From: Camelus dromedarius
Lineage: Eukaryota
Length of the DNA: 64,000 bases
Direction of reading: 5' to 3'
Assembly: GCF_036321535.1 (NCBI RefSeq)
Contig: NC_087436.1
Span: 25,298,001 to 25,362,000, forward strand
Below the pieces are notes generated by a model that was given only the letters and a program-made list of their open reading frames with translations, made no database searches and had not been told where the DNA came from. Shown one piece after another: positions 39,168-52,550 of the stretch; the stretch's first letter is position 1, and the number at the start of each line of letters is the position of its first letter. The translations under genes were made by a program, and so were the position numbers.

Positions 39168-39590
39168 TAATAATAACAACAACAACAACAACAGCAGCAA
39201 CAACAAACAGTGACATATATTGAGTGCGTAATTTGTGCAAAGCACACGTTGAAGCACCTTACCTGGAATTATTTGTTCAATCCTCATAAAACTCCATGAA
39301 GTTTGTACTGTTACCTCCAGTTTACTGATGAAGAGACTGAGGGGAGGCAAAATTGGTAACTAGTAACATGACCAAGTTTGCAATGGTTAGATCATTCCAG
39401 AATGTCTGACTTATTCAGGACCCACAGTCTTAGTCATATGATAACTTGCCTTTCTACTTTGATTCATTATTTGAAAAAGTGTTTATTAAGTTCTTACTCT
39501 GGTCAAAGTCCCGTGAATACAGTAGAAAATCAAATAGAAAAGGTCTCTGCTCTCTTGTAGCTCACATTCCAGTGAAGAGATGAAAATAAT
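39168..39590. mobile_element. (CAA)n tract, MIR and L2 fragment
   Basis: caa repeats at 39175-39208; MIR 'aatcctcataaaactccatgaag...ccagtttactgatgaagagactgagg'; L2 'ctctgctctcttgtagctcacattccagtg'. Confidence 0.7.
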
Positions 39591-42500
39591 GAGAGGATTG
39601 TTGTCAGGTTCAAATACATAATCCAGGGTGCCTGGAACATGGGATGATTTTTTAATACCTTCCTCCCTTGAAATGTCAGAGGAAAGAATTAATATTTGAC
39701 AAAGAACTGAAAAATTCAGAATAGATGGAATCCCAAGACTTGCCATTGTGAATTTTGGCAAAATGCAGTAAAATTTATGATTTAGTGATTGAGGTTTGAT
39801 GCAAACTACTGCTCCTCTGTGCATAATAACAAGCTTGTTACAGGCAAATAATTCTGTATATTAAATGATAGCTTTTCCACATTTTAGGTGAATCATTATC
39901 TCTTCAATCTCTGACGTCATAACAGCTTTCATGTTTATACACTTTTTATCAAATTTGCCTTGATACGAAAGGCTTTTACAGATTTACTGATTATATCATG
40001 TATGATGTTATTGGGAGTAGAATAGAAATATAAAATAGATTTTCATCTTGAATGAGTTTATAATCGAAAGTAGGGTGGAAGGGAGAGAAACCTGTAGCAG
40101 AATATTTCACTGGCAGCTTTGTGGTAATATATGTAATTTTAAGGAAAAGTACAGAGAAAGAAGGAATTGGTGTGTACTGACATGGATTTAGCAAGTTTTA
40201 CTATATAGACTGGCATTCTGACATTCACTGATTTTTAATTCCTGTCATCAGAAAAAAAAATTATGAGGGTCCTCAGAAAGGACAATATAATCTACTGATG
40301 TTTCTTAAATGTATAACATAGAAATGATATGTCTAACCAGAAGTAAAATTCATATTAACTACAAGTTAAAAAAAAAACCACTTCACACAAAAAAGCAAAC
40401 ACCAGGTGAAACAATAAGACTGTATTAATTTTCAGGATTTTCTTTTTGTTGTTAAGCCACATGTAATTTAGATTTGTCCTGTAGATTTGCAATAAATGAT
40501 ATAACAAAATTTATGGATTATAATTGCTTACTGGGCTCATGCTGCGCATGGAACAAATACATATATTTTTAAAATTTAATGATGGTTCACTTATCAGAAT
40601 TCAACCAGCTGCTCATTATGGAACCTGATGGTCCTACCCTTAGGCCCCGCAGGGAGATGTGTCTGTTACGTGGTGCTAACCCGGCAAATAATGAAGAACC
40701 TTTAGTCCTTATTTGGCTCAAGTAGGCACTGAAGATCTTTTTGAGGAATATAGACATAAGTTGCTATTTTATATATATATATTTGACATTTCCAGTCTCT
40801 GTTACAAGCACACATTAGCCAACTGCTGAAGTACAGATGTTGCTGGGTGACTGTGTCTGGAAACAACCTATGATTACTGCAAAGGATGGCATTCTCAACA
40901 TACTTGTTATGGTTGTCAAGGAAGGCATGATAAATACATAAAGGCTGCCCAACAGGGGGAAGGATTAAAACTGTAAATTTATTTTTACTTCAATAGAAAA
41001 TTGTCTAAGCAGAAGGAAGCAAATATTAATTCTTCAAGAGTCTATTGCAATGTTAATTTTAACTTAATATTTTTACTTTGTGATCTATTTTTAGTAGAGC
41101 AAAACTTGGTTGATATTGTGAGTATTGATACTGAGTTAAATTTTTGACTGTCTGGGTAAGTATTACTCCTATGATGATACCCTTGCTTTTGTGTTGGAAA
41201 CAAATGGGAAAATAAAATTCACTAAAAGCAAAACAAACCAATAGATTTCTCCCAAACTGAAAAGTATTTTCTCATTTTTTTCCACCACTACCATTCCATC
41301 GCAATGACCACCTCTTTCCTTTTCACTTTAAAGTGTCGTTTGGCCAAAGTTGATAGCACAGTTCTAGACTTCTGAAGTGTCCAAGCACATAAATTAACAG
41401 TCCCTGTGTCACTGCCTTAAGATTGACAGGTTAATCCTTGGATATTCCCATCTGAGCATCTATCCTCAAAGAGAAAAGATCTGTGGGAGTTCTTGAGCCC
41501 TAGTGTTTCTTTCAGAAAGCACACGTCTCTTTCCAGGAAGCAAATGTTTTGAAACTCAGTGAATTAAAATTCCCACTGACTCCTCATACTCCTCACTTCT
41601 TTCCAGAAACACTGGCTGAAGACGTGCAGTATTCTCCCAGGATCAGTTCAGACTCTATCCAGTCAGCCACACATGTCAAGTACACTTGGACAAACTGATG
41701 CTTCATACTGTTTTCAAATGATGGACACCTAAAGGCTCCTCAAGGGTTCCTCTAGCCAAGCAGTACTGATTATTTTATGCCAAACATTATTATTGAGCAC
41801 ATAATGTGCCCCAGGCATTGGGGGATATGAGGGAGAAAAATGAACAAGTTTTTCCATAACAGCAATTATGGTTCCGTTACAGTATTGCGTGCAGTAGCTT
41901 CATTCTATTTCTCATGTATATTGAGCTTTCTTTTCCAAGATGATTTATACTGATGCAATTTCTAACTAAAATATTTTGGGGAAACTACTGAATTTATTTG
42001 AAGAAGTGCAAAGGGCAAAATACAGGCCTGTTCCTCAGTTCATATTTGTCTAATAAACCAAGGGAGAGGGCTAAGTATAACTTGTTCGGCAGGCAGTATC
42101 ACAGACTGTAAGAAGAGTAGCTTACTTATATTAACTCCAAGCACCTTCCAGAGAGAGAAAGGAAAAGACCATTATGTGGCCTGATGGAGAAGTTGGCCAA
42201 CTTCTCCTTTTCCCGTGGGTGGGTAGTCTTGAAAGGATAGAGCCTTAACTCAAGAGATTGATTTTCTTTTCCAGCTGTCCTAACAGTGGAGTGAACACAA
42301 TTAACTGTGAACTATTCTAATCAATTGCTCAATGATTGACTCAAATAGACTAGAAAAGAGTTAATTCTTTGTCATGGATATTTAGATACCTTGATGTTTC
42401 TATTTTGAACTCACTAGAAAGGCAGTCAATACCTACTGTATAGAAGATTCAAAGCTAAAAATCGTTGATTCTCATGTGATTTTTTTTTACAGTAACTTTA

Positions 42501-44359
42501 TGACAATGAGATTAAAATTTTACACACATTGGTCTTTTTTTGCTCCAATATTTTATTGGTCTTCCTGAGCAAGACTCAGAAAGGAGAACAGCTATTACAT
42601 AAAACACTATAATTTTGACTTTCTCTGCCATTCTTACTTAGAAGTTTCCTTCATCTTTATTTTTTCTTGGATGTCTAGGATGAAACAGACCAAACTGTAT
42701 TACAAATAAAGTATTTTGAGGGAAAAAAAAAATATATATATAAATTTTGAGAATGCCAAGAAATTAAGATAATGCTTTAATAACAAACATGATTCTAGTT
42801 CTATAATTAGTACTGAATTTTAAAAGATACTAACGATGAATAAGAATTTTCTTTTTTTAACATTTTTTTTAATTGAAGTATAGTCAGTTTACAATGTGTC
42901 AATTCCTGGTGTACAGCACAATGCTTCAGTCATACATGAATATACATACATTCATTTTCAGATTCTTTTTCATTATAGGTTACTACAAGATATGAATATA
43001 GTTCCCTGTGCTATACAGAAGAAACTTGTTGTGTATCTATTTTATATATAGTAGTTAGTATCTGCAAATCCCGAACTCCCAATTTATCCCTTCCCACCCC
43101 CTTCCCCTCTGGTAACCTGCGGTTTGTTTTCTCTGTCTGTGATCTGTTTCTGTTTTGTAAATACAACTGCCTTTTATATGAAGCATCTGCTTCTCCATGC
43201 CCAAAACAAAAGCCTTTTCCAAAAGCATGTTTCTGTGTTCTGGCCCAGGGCCCTTTGCTTTCTTAAACATCTGACTTTACCTATGTTACAACACTGCATG
43301 AGTTTTATTTGCAAATCTCAAATTCCCAATTTATCCCTTCCCACCCCTTTTCCCCCCTGTAACCATAAGTTTGTTTACTATGTCTGTAAGTCTGTTTCTG
43401 TTTTGTAGATGTTTGTTAGTGTCTTCTTTTTTCTTTTTTTAGATCCCACATATGAGTGATACCATATGGTATTTTTCTTTCTCTTTCTGGCTTACTTCAC
43501 TTAGAATGAAGTTTTCCAGGTCCATCCATGTTGCTGCAAATGGCATTGTTTTATTCTTTTTTATGGCTGAGTAGTATTCCATTGTATAAATAAACCGCAG
43601 CTTCTTTATCCAAAGTCATCTGTTGATGGACATTTAGGTTGTTTCCATGTTTTGACTATTGTATATAGTGCTGCTGTGAACATTGGGATGCATGTATCTT
43701 TTCGAATTAGAGTTTCCTCTGGATATATGCCGAGGAGTGAGATTGCTGGATGATACGGTAGTTAGATTTTTAGTCTTTTGAGGATTCTCCATACTGTTTT
43801 CTATAACCACTGCACCGGACTACATTCCCACCCGCAGTGTAGGAGGGTTCCCTTTTCTCCACACCCTCTCTAGCATTTATCATTTGTGGACTTTTGAATG
43901 ATGGCCATTCTGACTGGTGTGATACATCATTGTAGTTTTGACTTGCATTTTTCTGATAATTAGCAATACTGAATTTTTTTCATGTGCTTATTAGTCATTT
44001 GTATGTCTTCATTGCTTGTTTAGGTCATCTTCCCATTTGGATTGGGGTTTTTTGTTGTTGTTGTTCTTGTTATTAAGTTGTATGAGCTATTTATATATTC
44101 TGGAAATTAAACCTTTGTCAGTCACATCATTTGCAAATATTTTCTCCCATTCCATAGGTTGTCTTTTTGTTTTGCTTATTGTTTCCTTTGTTGTACAAAA
44201 GCTTATAAGTTTAATTAGGTTCCATTTGTTTATTTTTGCTTTTAATCTATTGTCTGGGTAGATTGCCCTAGGAGAACATTGCTAAGATTTATGTCAGAGA
44301 ATGTTTTGCTTACATTTTCTTCTAGGAGTTTTATTCTGTCCTGTCTTATGTTTAAGTCC

Positions 44360-44766
44360 TTAAGCCATTTTGAGTTTGTTTTTGTGTGTGGTGTGAGGGA
44401 GTATTCTAATTTCCTTAATTTTCATGTAGCTATTCAATTTTCCCAACATCACTTGCTGAAGAGACTGTCTTTTCTCCATTGTATATTCTTGCCTCCTTTG
44501 TCGAAGATGAATTGACCATAGGTCTGTGGGTTTATTTCTGGGATCTCTAGTCTGTTCCATGATCTATTTTGGGGATAATACCATGCTGTTTTGACTACTG
44601 TAGCTCTGTGGTATTGTCTGAAGTCTGGGAGGGTTATTCTTCCAGCTTCATTCTTTTTCTTCAGTATTGCTTTGGAAATTTTGGGTCTTTTGTGATTCCA
44701 CATACATTTTAGGATTATTTGTTCTAGTTCTGTAAAAAATGTCCTGGGTAATTTGATAGGGATCAC
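44360..44766 (-). pseudogene. Frameshifted LINE-1 ORF2p fragment (post-RT region)
   Basis: [19 protein letters not shown]...[20 protein letters not shown]...[23 protein letters not shown] is recognisable ORF2p sequence. Confidence 0.95.
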
Positions 44767-44852
44767 ATTAAATCTGTAGATTGCTTGGGCAGTATGGCCC
44801 TTTTAACAATATTAGTTCTTGCAATCTGAAAGCATGGGATATCCTATTTCTT

Positions 44853-44934
44853 ATTTTTTTTTTTTAAATATGAGAATACAGATTTACTATACATACACGT
44901 AACATAATGCCTTATACAGAGACAACATCTAGGA
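44853..44934 (-). pseudogene. Micro-retrocopy (probable mRNA 3' end) nested in L1
   Basis: T12 tract, minus-strand AGTAAA 17 nt before the tail, non-L1 body, flanked by duplicated cctatttctt / cccatttctt. Confidence 0.7.
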
Positions 44935-45669
44935 GACATTTCCCATTTCTTTAAGTTATCTTTAATTTCCTTAATTAATGTTTTGTAGTTCTCTGCATAT
45001 AAGTCTTTCATCTCCTTGGTCAGATTTATCCCTTAGTATTTTATTGTTTTGGATGTGATTTTAAAAGGTACTTTCTTTACCTTCTTTATCTGGTATTTCA
45101 TTGTTATTTCTGTATGTTAATCTTGTATCCTGCTACCTTGCCGAGTTCTTTTATCAGCTTTAGTAGTTTTTGTGTGGAGCCTTTAGGGGTTTCTATATAT
45201 AGTACTATGTTATCCTCTTATAGTGACAGTTTTACCTCCTGTCTTCCAATTTGAATCCCTTTTATTTCTTTTTATTGCCTGACTGATATGGTGAGGACTT
45301 CCATTACCATACTGAATAGAAGTGGTGAGAGTGGCATCCTTGTCTTGTTCCAGGTTTTAAGGGGAAAGTTTTCAGTTTTTCACCATTGAGTACTATGCTG
45401 GCTGTAGGTTCGTCATACATAGCTTTATTATGTTGAGATATGTTCCCTCTGTACCCACTCTTGTAAGAGTTTTTATCATAGATGGGTGTTGAATTTTATC
45501 AAATGCTTTTTCTGCATCTATTGAGATGATCATGTGATTTTTATCCTTTTCTTGTTGATATGGTGTATCACATTAATTGAGGTGCATATGTTGACCCATC
45601 CCTGCATCCCTGGGATGAATCCAACTTGATCATAGTGTATGATCTTTTTATGTTTTGTTGGATTCTGTT

Positions 45670-45761
45670 CTTCCTTCCTTCTTTCTCTGCTTCTGTATTT
45701 TTAAATTAAGTGTAACACGTATACCAAAAACTGCACAAAATATAAACAGCTCAATCATCTT
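45670..45761 (+). repeat. 92-bp direct copy of 47670-47761 inserted in L1
   Basis: Ungapped alignment with 11 mismatches; L1 sequence resumes on both sides. Confidence 0.9.
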
Positions 45762-47808
45762 GTATTTTGTTGAGGATTTTTACATCTATGTTCATCAATG
45801 TTATTGGCCTGTGATTTTCTTTTTTGGTGGTGTGTTTGTCTGGTTTTTATTTAGGGTGATGGTTGCTTCAGGTGAATAAGAATTTTCTAAAATAGTACAC
45901 TTTTATCATTAACTAATCATTGAATAATTAAGTATATATTTACATAAATATTATAATCTTCATTCAAGTTAATGCAAATATTGTAAGTAATAAAAACCTT
46001 CCAATGGAAAACAGTTTTTAAAAATATGCCTTCACCACCCTTAGTTTTCTGAGGCAAGAGAGTTTTTAAATTATAGTTTTGATAACTCAAAAATTAGAAG
46101 AAAATGTTGTAATAAGAGTCTTTGTAACATTAATAAGGAGTGTAAGGGAAGAGGAAAAAGAGCAAACATTTTGAGTGCTCACTTTTGACTAAGTACTGAG
46201 TTGCATATGTGATATATGGTATTTCATATGTTATAAAGATAATACTTTCCATTTTCTACAACCAGGGATAATGAGACACACAGAGGTCAGTGTCATTTGC
46301 ATACAAATGATTACACCCATTGGACATTTTGAAAGGGATCAGTGGTAAAACCATTCTGCTCTCAACATTGCCATTGACATAGTAGTTCTGTGTTCCCCAG
46401 TGTGCATTTTCTCTTCACCTGTCCCAGCCTAGCCATGTGCCAGCTGTTGAACCCATCAATTCAAACAATAGAAATGCTAACTCAGGAACCATTTCCACTG
46501 GGTCCTTACACAGAGCACCTTCTCCTTAGCAAGAACCTAAAATCCACGTGCATCAGAAGGAAGTTTTCACTAGTAAATGTCTCCTTATAGATGGACTTGT
46601 CACAGTACTTTGGTCATGCGTAAAGTCTGATATATGGCACTTTGATACAGCAGTTTGGATTTGGGGACTATTTTAACTTGCTTGAAAAATTAACTGTTGG
46701 ACTTGTAGCTCTAAAATTTCCTAAGTCACATGTGAAACCCACATTCTTAGTTTCCCCCAGAGTCTTACCTGCTCCCTGCCTGAGTGTTAGGGATGTAATT
46801 TAAAAAAAAAAAAAATTGGTAAGAGAAACAATGAATATGAAGACTGAGTTAAAGTTAAGGATTGACTATGGCTTATGTCTCTTATACATATTACTTGGTA
46901 GTAAAAGATGATATATACAGGCTTAAATTATGAAGCTTCTCATTATTCTGAGACTCTTATCTACAAAAAGATAAATGAGGATACCACCCAGAAGCTTACA
47001 GAAAACAATGTGGAATAAACTAGGAGAGAATCTACAAAATGTAAAACTTTTATTTCTATTTTAAAATCTTATTGGACTAATTTGAACTTCTAGAAAAATG
47101 TAAAAATTAAATAACAATAATAGACTTCTTTCTGATTTAAATGTGAATTCTTAGAGCATTCATCATATAAAACCAATTTTAACTATAATTTAGAAGTTGC
47201 TTTGATATACTTTTATCATGTTAAGAAATTTTCTTCTTAAAACTTAAAAATCATTAGCAAATTTTATTAAATATTTTCCCCAATCTGAAGAGAATTTCTT
47301 AACTTTTAGAATTATTAATGTGATATAATATTTAATAACTTTTCTAACATTAAAGCATGCTTGACATTCTACTTCTAAATTTATTTTGCTACAAATTCAT
47401 TAAAATTTTATACTAACAGTCACAACATTAATATGCAATCTTTTAAGTGATACTTTCTTATAAGAATTATTTTGCTCAATAAAATAAATTGGGAGGCTTA
47501 ATGTATTTTTATTTTGAAATACTATTATATATAGGGTGACAATTATTACTTCTTTGAAAATCTGAAAGAACTAATACCTAAAGCATTTGGAGATAATACC
47601 ATAGGCATTTGTATTGACTTCCTACCATTGGTCTGTTTAAGATTCCTTCCTCCCTCCCTCCCTCCCTTGCTTCCTTTCTTCTTTCCCTCCTTCTGTGTTT
47701 TTACATTAAGTATAACATTTATGCCAAAAACTGCACAGAATATAAACAGATCAATCATCTTAAAAAATATATATGTATATTCTTTCCCTGCAAATGTAAA
47801 CACTGTCT

Positions 47809-48061
47809 CAGAGTTTCCAAACCTCAGCACTATAGACATTTTGTACCAGATAGTTCTTTGCTGAAGGGAGCCCTCCTGGGCATTGTAGGAAGTTAAGCAG
47901 CATCACTGGTCTCTGCCGACTAGATGTTAGTGGAACACTCTGTCCTCCTCTGACTCACCCGCTCCCCTTAGCCCCACAATTGTGACAAGCCAACATGTCT
48001 CCAGACGTTGCCAAATGACAGGCTGTTGCGGGGAGGGATCACCCCTAGGTGAGAATCACTG
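47809..48061 (+). mobile_element. MER20 (hAT-Charlie MITE)
   Basis: 'cagagtttccaaacctcagcactatagacattttg...cattgtaggaagttaagcagcatc...tgtctccagacgttgccaaatg...gagaatcactg'. Confidence 0.9.
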
Positions 48062-48659
48062 CACTACACTGACCTTTCTGGGAATCACTTCCTGTCTTTA
48101 GTCTTCAGCATAACCATGTATCCTTAAACATCATCAGGTAGTATTGCTTGAAGGGGATTCTTTATAGAATAATTTAACCTGTTAAGTAGACTCCTGATCA
48201 TGGGCCCCTAAAATGGTCCTTATAGGTGATCATATAATTTATAACCCAAACTGGAGCCACAGACATTAAACATGATGGTTAAACCTTCATGCTCACCCTA
48301 CTTCTACGGGATATCAGCCGTGAGCATTATCCTCACAGCCCCACACATTGAGGTCTTCCTTTTCCAGTGGATAATAGTGCATAAAATGAGAGCAGAACAG
48401 TGAAAAACAAGGTATCCCCAAGGGCAAAATAAGGCCCAACTCAAAGCATTAGGGATAAAAAGTTGTAGGATACAGCATTCATCCAATTTGGGTCTTAAAA
48501 AGGTGATATTCTTCAAATGATTTTCTCTACCACTCTATATAATAACTGTGTTCACCGCATTAGCACAACATACTTACTAAAATAAATGTCTTCCAAGATT
48601 TGCACATAATTTCAAAAAAGAATCAGTTATCACGTGTAAGAGATTTGGGGTCGGCATGT

Positions 48660-51600
48660 ATGTTTTATTGTGGTATAATTCATACAACATTCAGTTCACA
48701 CATCTGAAGTTTTTAGTATATTCATAGATTTATGTGTGCACCTATCATTACTGTCTAATTTCAGAATATTTTTTAACACCCCAAACACAAGCCCCAAACC
48801 ATTTAACGGTTCCAGTTCGTCTCTCCCCTTAGTCAGGCAACCACTGATCTACTTTCTGTCTGTATAGGTTTGCCTATTCTGGACATTTCATATAAAAGGA
48901 ATCATAGAACGTGTCGTTGTGACTGAATTCTCAGATGTAGCATATTGGTTTCAAGGTTCATTCATGCTGTAGCATGTATTGGTATGTTATTCCTTTTCAT
49001 TGTCAAATAATATCATGTGTATATATATTTTACACTTTGTTCAGGCACTCATCAGTTGATCGACATTTGTATTTTTTCCAAATCTTAGCTATTATGAATA
49101 AGGCTGCCGTGAACGTTCATGTACAAGTTTATGTGTGAATGTATGCTTTCATTTCTCTTTGTTCTATACCTGTGAGTAAAATTTCTGGTCATAGGGCGAC
49201 TCTATGTTTTACATTTTGAAGAATTGACAAATTGCTCTCCAGTGTGGCTGCATCCCTTTACAATCCCATAGCAATGTCAGCATTACAGTTTCTTCATATC
49301 CGTCAACACGTGTTATTGTTGATCTTTTTTATTTTGTCATCCTAGTGGGTGTGAAGTGGTACATCATTATAATTTTGATTTGCATTTCTCTTGTGGCTAA
49401 TGACATTAAGCATCTTCTCACATTATTTAGCCGTTTATTTATCTTCCTTGGAAAAATGTCTATAAAGATTTTTTCCCCAATTTTGAATTGGGTTGTCTTT
49501 TCATTACTAAATTATGAGTTGTTATATACTAAATCTTTATCTGAGTTATATGTCTTATAATTTTCAAATATTTTTTCCCATTCTGTGGATTGTTGTAATA
49601 AAAAGTTTGACTCTTTTTAAAAAAAAATTTTTTTTTTTGCTGAATTCCCCTTCTCCACAAGAAGCTTTGAACAAGCTGATATTTTCTTGTAAGAGTTTTA
49701 TCACTTACCCTTAGTCTGTGATCCATTTGAACTAATTTTTGTATATGATGTGAAGGAAGGATACAATTTCATTCTTTCGCATGTGGGTATCCAGTTGTCC
49801 TAATACTATTTGTTGAGAAGACTATTTCCCCCCACATTGAATTGTCTTGCCACACTTGTTGAAAATCAACTGACCATAAATGTTAAAGTTAATGTCTGGA
49901 CTTTCAATTCTATCTCATTGGTCTATATCTCTATTCTTACGGCAGTATCATATCATCTTGATTGGCATATCTTTGTAGTAAGTTTTAAAGTTAAAAAAAA
50001 AAGTGAGTCTTCCAAATTGTTCATTTTCCAGATTGTTTTCGCTATTCTAATCCTTTCCAATTCCGTATGAATTTCAGGAACATCTTGTCAACTCTTAAAA
50101 AAAGAAAGCTAGAATTTTGATAGGGATTACCTTGAAAAGATCCATTTGGGGAGTATAGTCATTGTAGCAGTATCAACTTTTAAATCTATGAACATGGATA
50201 GTTTTCCCATTTGTTTATATCTTCTTTAATTTCTTTCAAGAGTTCTGTAGTTTTCAATGTACAAGTCTTACGCATCTTTTGCTAAATGTATTTCTATTTT
50301 TTTTTTTGATGCTATTGTAAATAAAAAATGTTTTCTTTTTTCCCCCGGCTTTATTGAGGTATAAGTAGAAAGTGTTTTCTTAATTGTGTTTTTGGATTGT
50401 TCATTGTTAGGTATACAAATACAATTGATATTTTATCCCACCACCTTAATGAATTTGTTAATTTGTTTTAATATTTCTTCTGTTCATGCGTTTGGATTTT
50501 CTATGCACAAAATAATATCTATAGATAGAGGTAGTTTAACTTCTTCCTTTTCCAATTTGGATGACTCTTATTTCATTTTCGTGACTAACTGCCCTCCCTA
50601 GATCTACTCCAGTACAGTGTTGAATATAAGTGATGATACCAGTCTTGTATTTTTTCTTATTTTAAGGGAAAAGCATTTAGTCTTTCATGATTAAATATGA
50701 TGGCATTTGTCAGATTTAATCAGTGTCCTTTATCAGGTTGAGGAAATTTCTTTCTATTCCTAGTTTGTTGAGTGATTTATCGTGAAGGACTGTTGAGTTT
50801 TGTCAAATGCTTCTTCTGCACCTATTTAGGTAATCATGCAGTTTTTTTCTTTTAATTCTGTCAATATGGTGTGGAACATTGACTAATTTTCAAATGTTAA
50901 AGCAACCTTACTTCCCTGGCATAAATCTCACTTGGTCATACTGCTTAATTATCTTTGTATGTGTTGGATTCTTGCTAATACTTTTGTGAAGATTTTGCAT
51001 TTTTGTTCTTTAGGGATCTTGTTCTGTTGTTAGCTTTTATTGTGATATCATTATCTGGTTTTGGTAACAGGATAGACGTGACCTCAGAATGTATTGGAAA
51101 GTGATTTCTCCTCTTCTGTATTTTGATAGAGAATGTGAAGGATTGATATTAATTTTTAAAGGAATAGTAGAATTCAAAAGTGAGCAGTTTGGTCCTGGCT
51201 TTTCTTTTGGGGAAAAAAATGTTTATTTCTAATCCAATATATTTACTTGTTATGGTTCTATTCAGATTTTCTAGTTTTTAAGATAGTTCTAGCAGTTTAT
51301 ATGTCTTTCTAGGAGTTTCTTCATCTAGGTTATCTAATTTGTTTGAATACAGTTGCTTGTAATAATCTATAATTCTTTTCATTTCTTAAGGTTAGTAGTA
51401 ATGTTTCTTGTTACTGATTTTACTAATTTGAATCTTCTCTCTTCTTGGTCAATGTAAAGTTTTGTTATTTTTTAAAAAACTTTTTATGGGATATACATTC
51501 TCTTTTGCATGGCTCATAAGTTTTTGATAAAAACTGAACAATTAAAATAATAATAGCGTAAATCTTGAAAATCACATGTACTTCCCTTGGTTTTTTTTTT

Positions 51601-52550
51601 TTTTTTTTTTTTTTTTTGGTCATTGCTGCTTTTACTGTTTATTTTTAGTGACTTTATAGGAGAAATTCTGTTAAAACTACATTCTTTTGTCATATGCTAC
51701 TACTGAATTCTCTGGCAGTTAGCTTAGTTGTCAGCTAATAATTGAATAGAAATTTCTTTAAATACACTGAAGATATTAAAGCCTCCCCCCACCCCCACCT
51801 TCTGTTCTGTGCATATGATGGGGCATACTTTCATTGCTCTGGCAGATTACAATTCTGCCTTAGTTTATACTTCCTTCTTGTACAGAGATGAAAGTCAGCC
51901 AGAGTGAGAGATTAAGGTCTTCTCAATCTTTCATGGTCATGTGCACAGCACTAGACATGTAAGTGACCATCTTTATTCCCTGGAGTATGTTGGAGGTTTT
52001 CAAAGCCCCCTATAGACATCTCATTTGCCAGATGTTCCTAATACTTTTTTTTTTTTCTGTTTGCTCAATTTTGTTTCACTGCTTCAAGCAGCTGCAGTTT
52101 TAAATAATTGCTGTTGATTATTTTTGATAAACATCCTGGGGATAGAGTTTTTCTCCCTGAATGAGCTGTGAGTCAGTTCAAATAAAGACAAGCTGTATAT
52201 ATGAGATTTTTCCAAGTAACTCCCAGATCAGATAGAATTTTCTGACGTAAGGCTTTCGGAGAGATCTAAACCCATACCCCCACTCCTTTGGCTGTAGGCT
52301 GCTGGTTTTCAATACTGTGGTCACGATGCTATTGATTTGCAAAGCTACCACACAGGGGTTAGAAATAGAACAGATTAACATGCTGCGAAGCTCATTGTTC
52401 TTACATGGTATCCAGCTCTTCTACTGAATAAATCCTCTCAGATTGCTGCAAGTCTTTAGTTAATTTCCAGAGTTCAGAAAAGTCAATTTTGAAAAGTTCT
52501 GCCATTGTTAATGCTTTTGTGAAACAGCATGTTTTCTGAGCATTTTGGAA
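48660..52550 (-). mobile_element. Ancient LINE-1 (L1MB/MC-like): 3'UTR and ORF2, then a 5'-region fragment
   Basis: 'tttattgtggtataattcatacaac', 'caaccactgatctactttctgtc...ttgcctattctggacatttcatata', T-rich ORF2 antisense to ~51480, 5'UTR-like sequence at 51490-52550. Confidence 0.85.

Larger units (their letters stand above)
42853..45872 (-). mobile_element. ~3-kb 5'-truncated composite LINE-1 (3'UTR plus ORF2 C-terminal part) with perfect 16-bp TSD
   Basis: TSD tgaataagaattttct at 42837-42852 and 45873-45888; endonuclease-like ttttct/aa site; ORF2 peptides present. Confidence 0.97.

Noticed and set aside
1597..43408. Related hydrophobic ORFs (e.g. 1597, 29402, 33776, 43124)
   Set aside because: They are antisense readings of the repeated L1 3'UTR.
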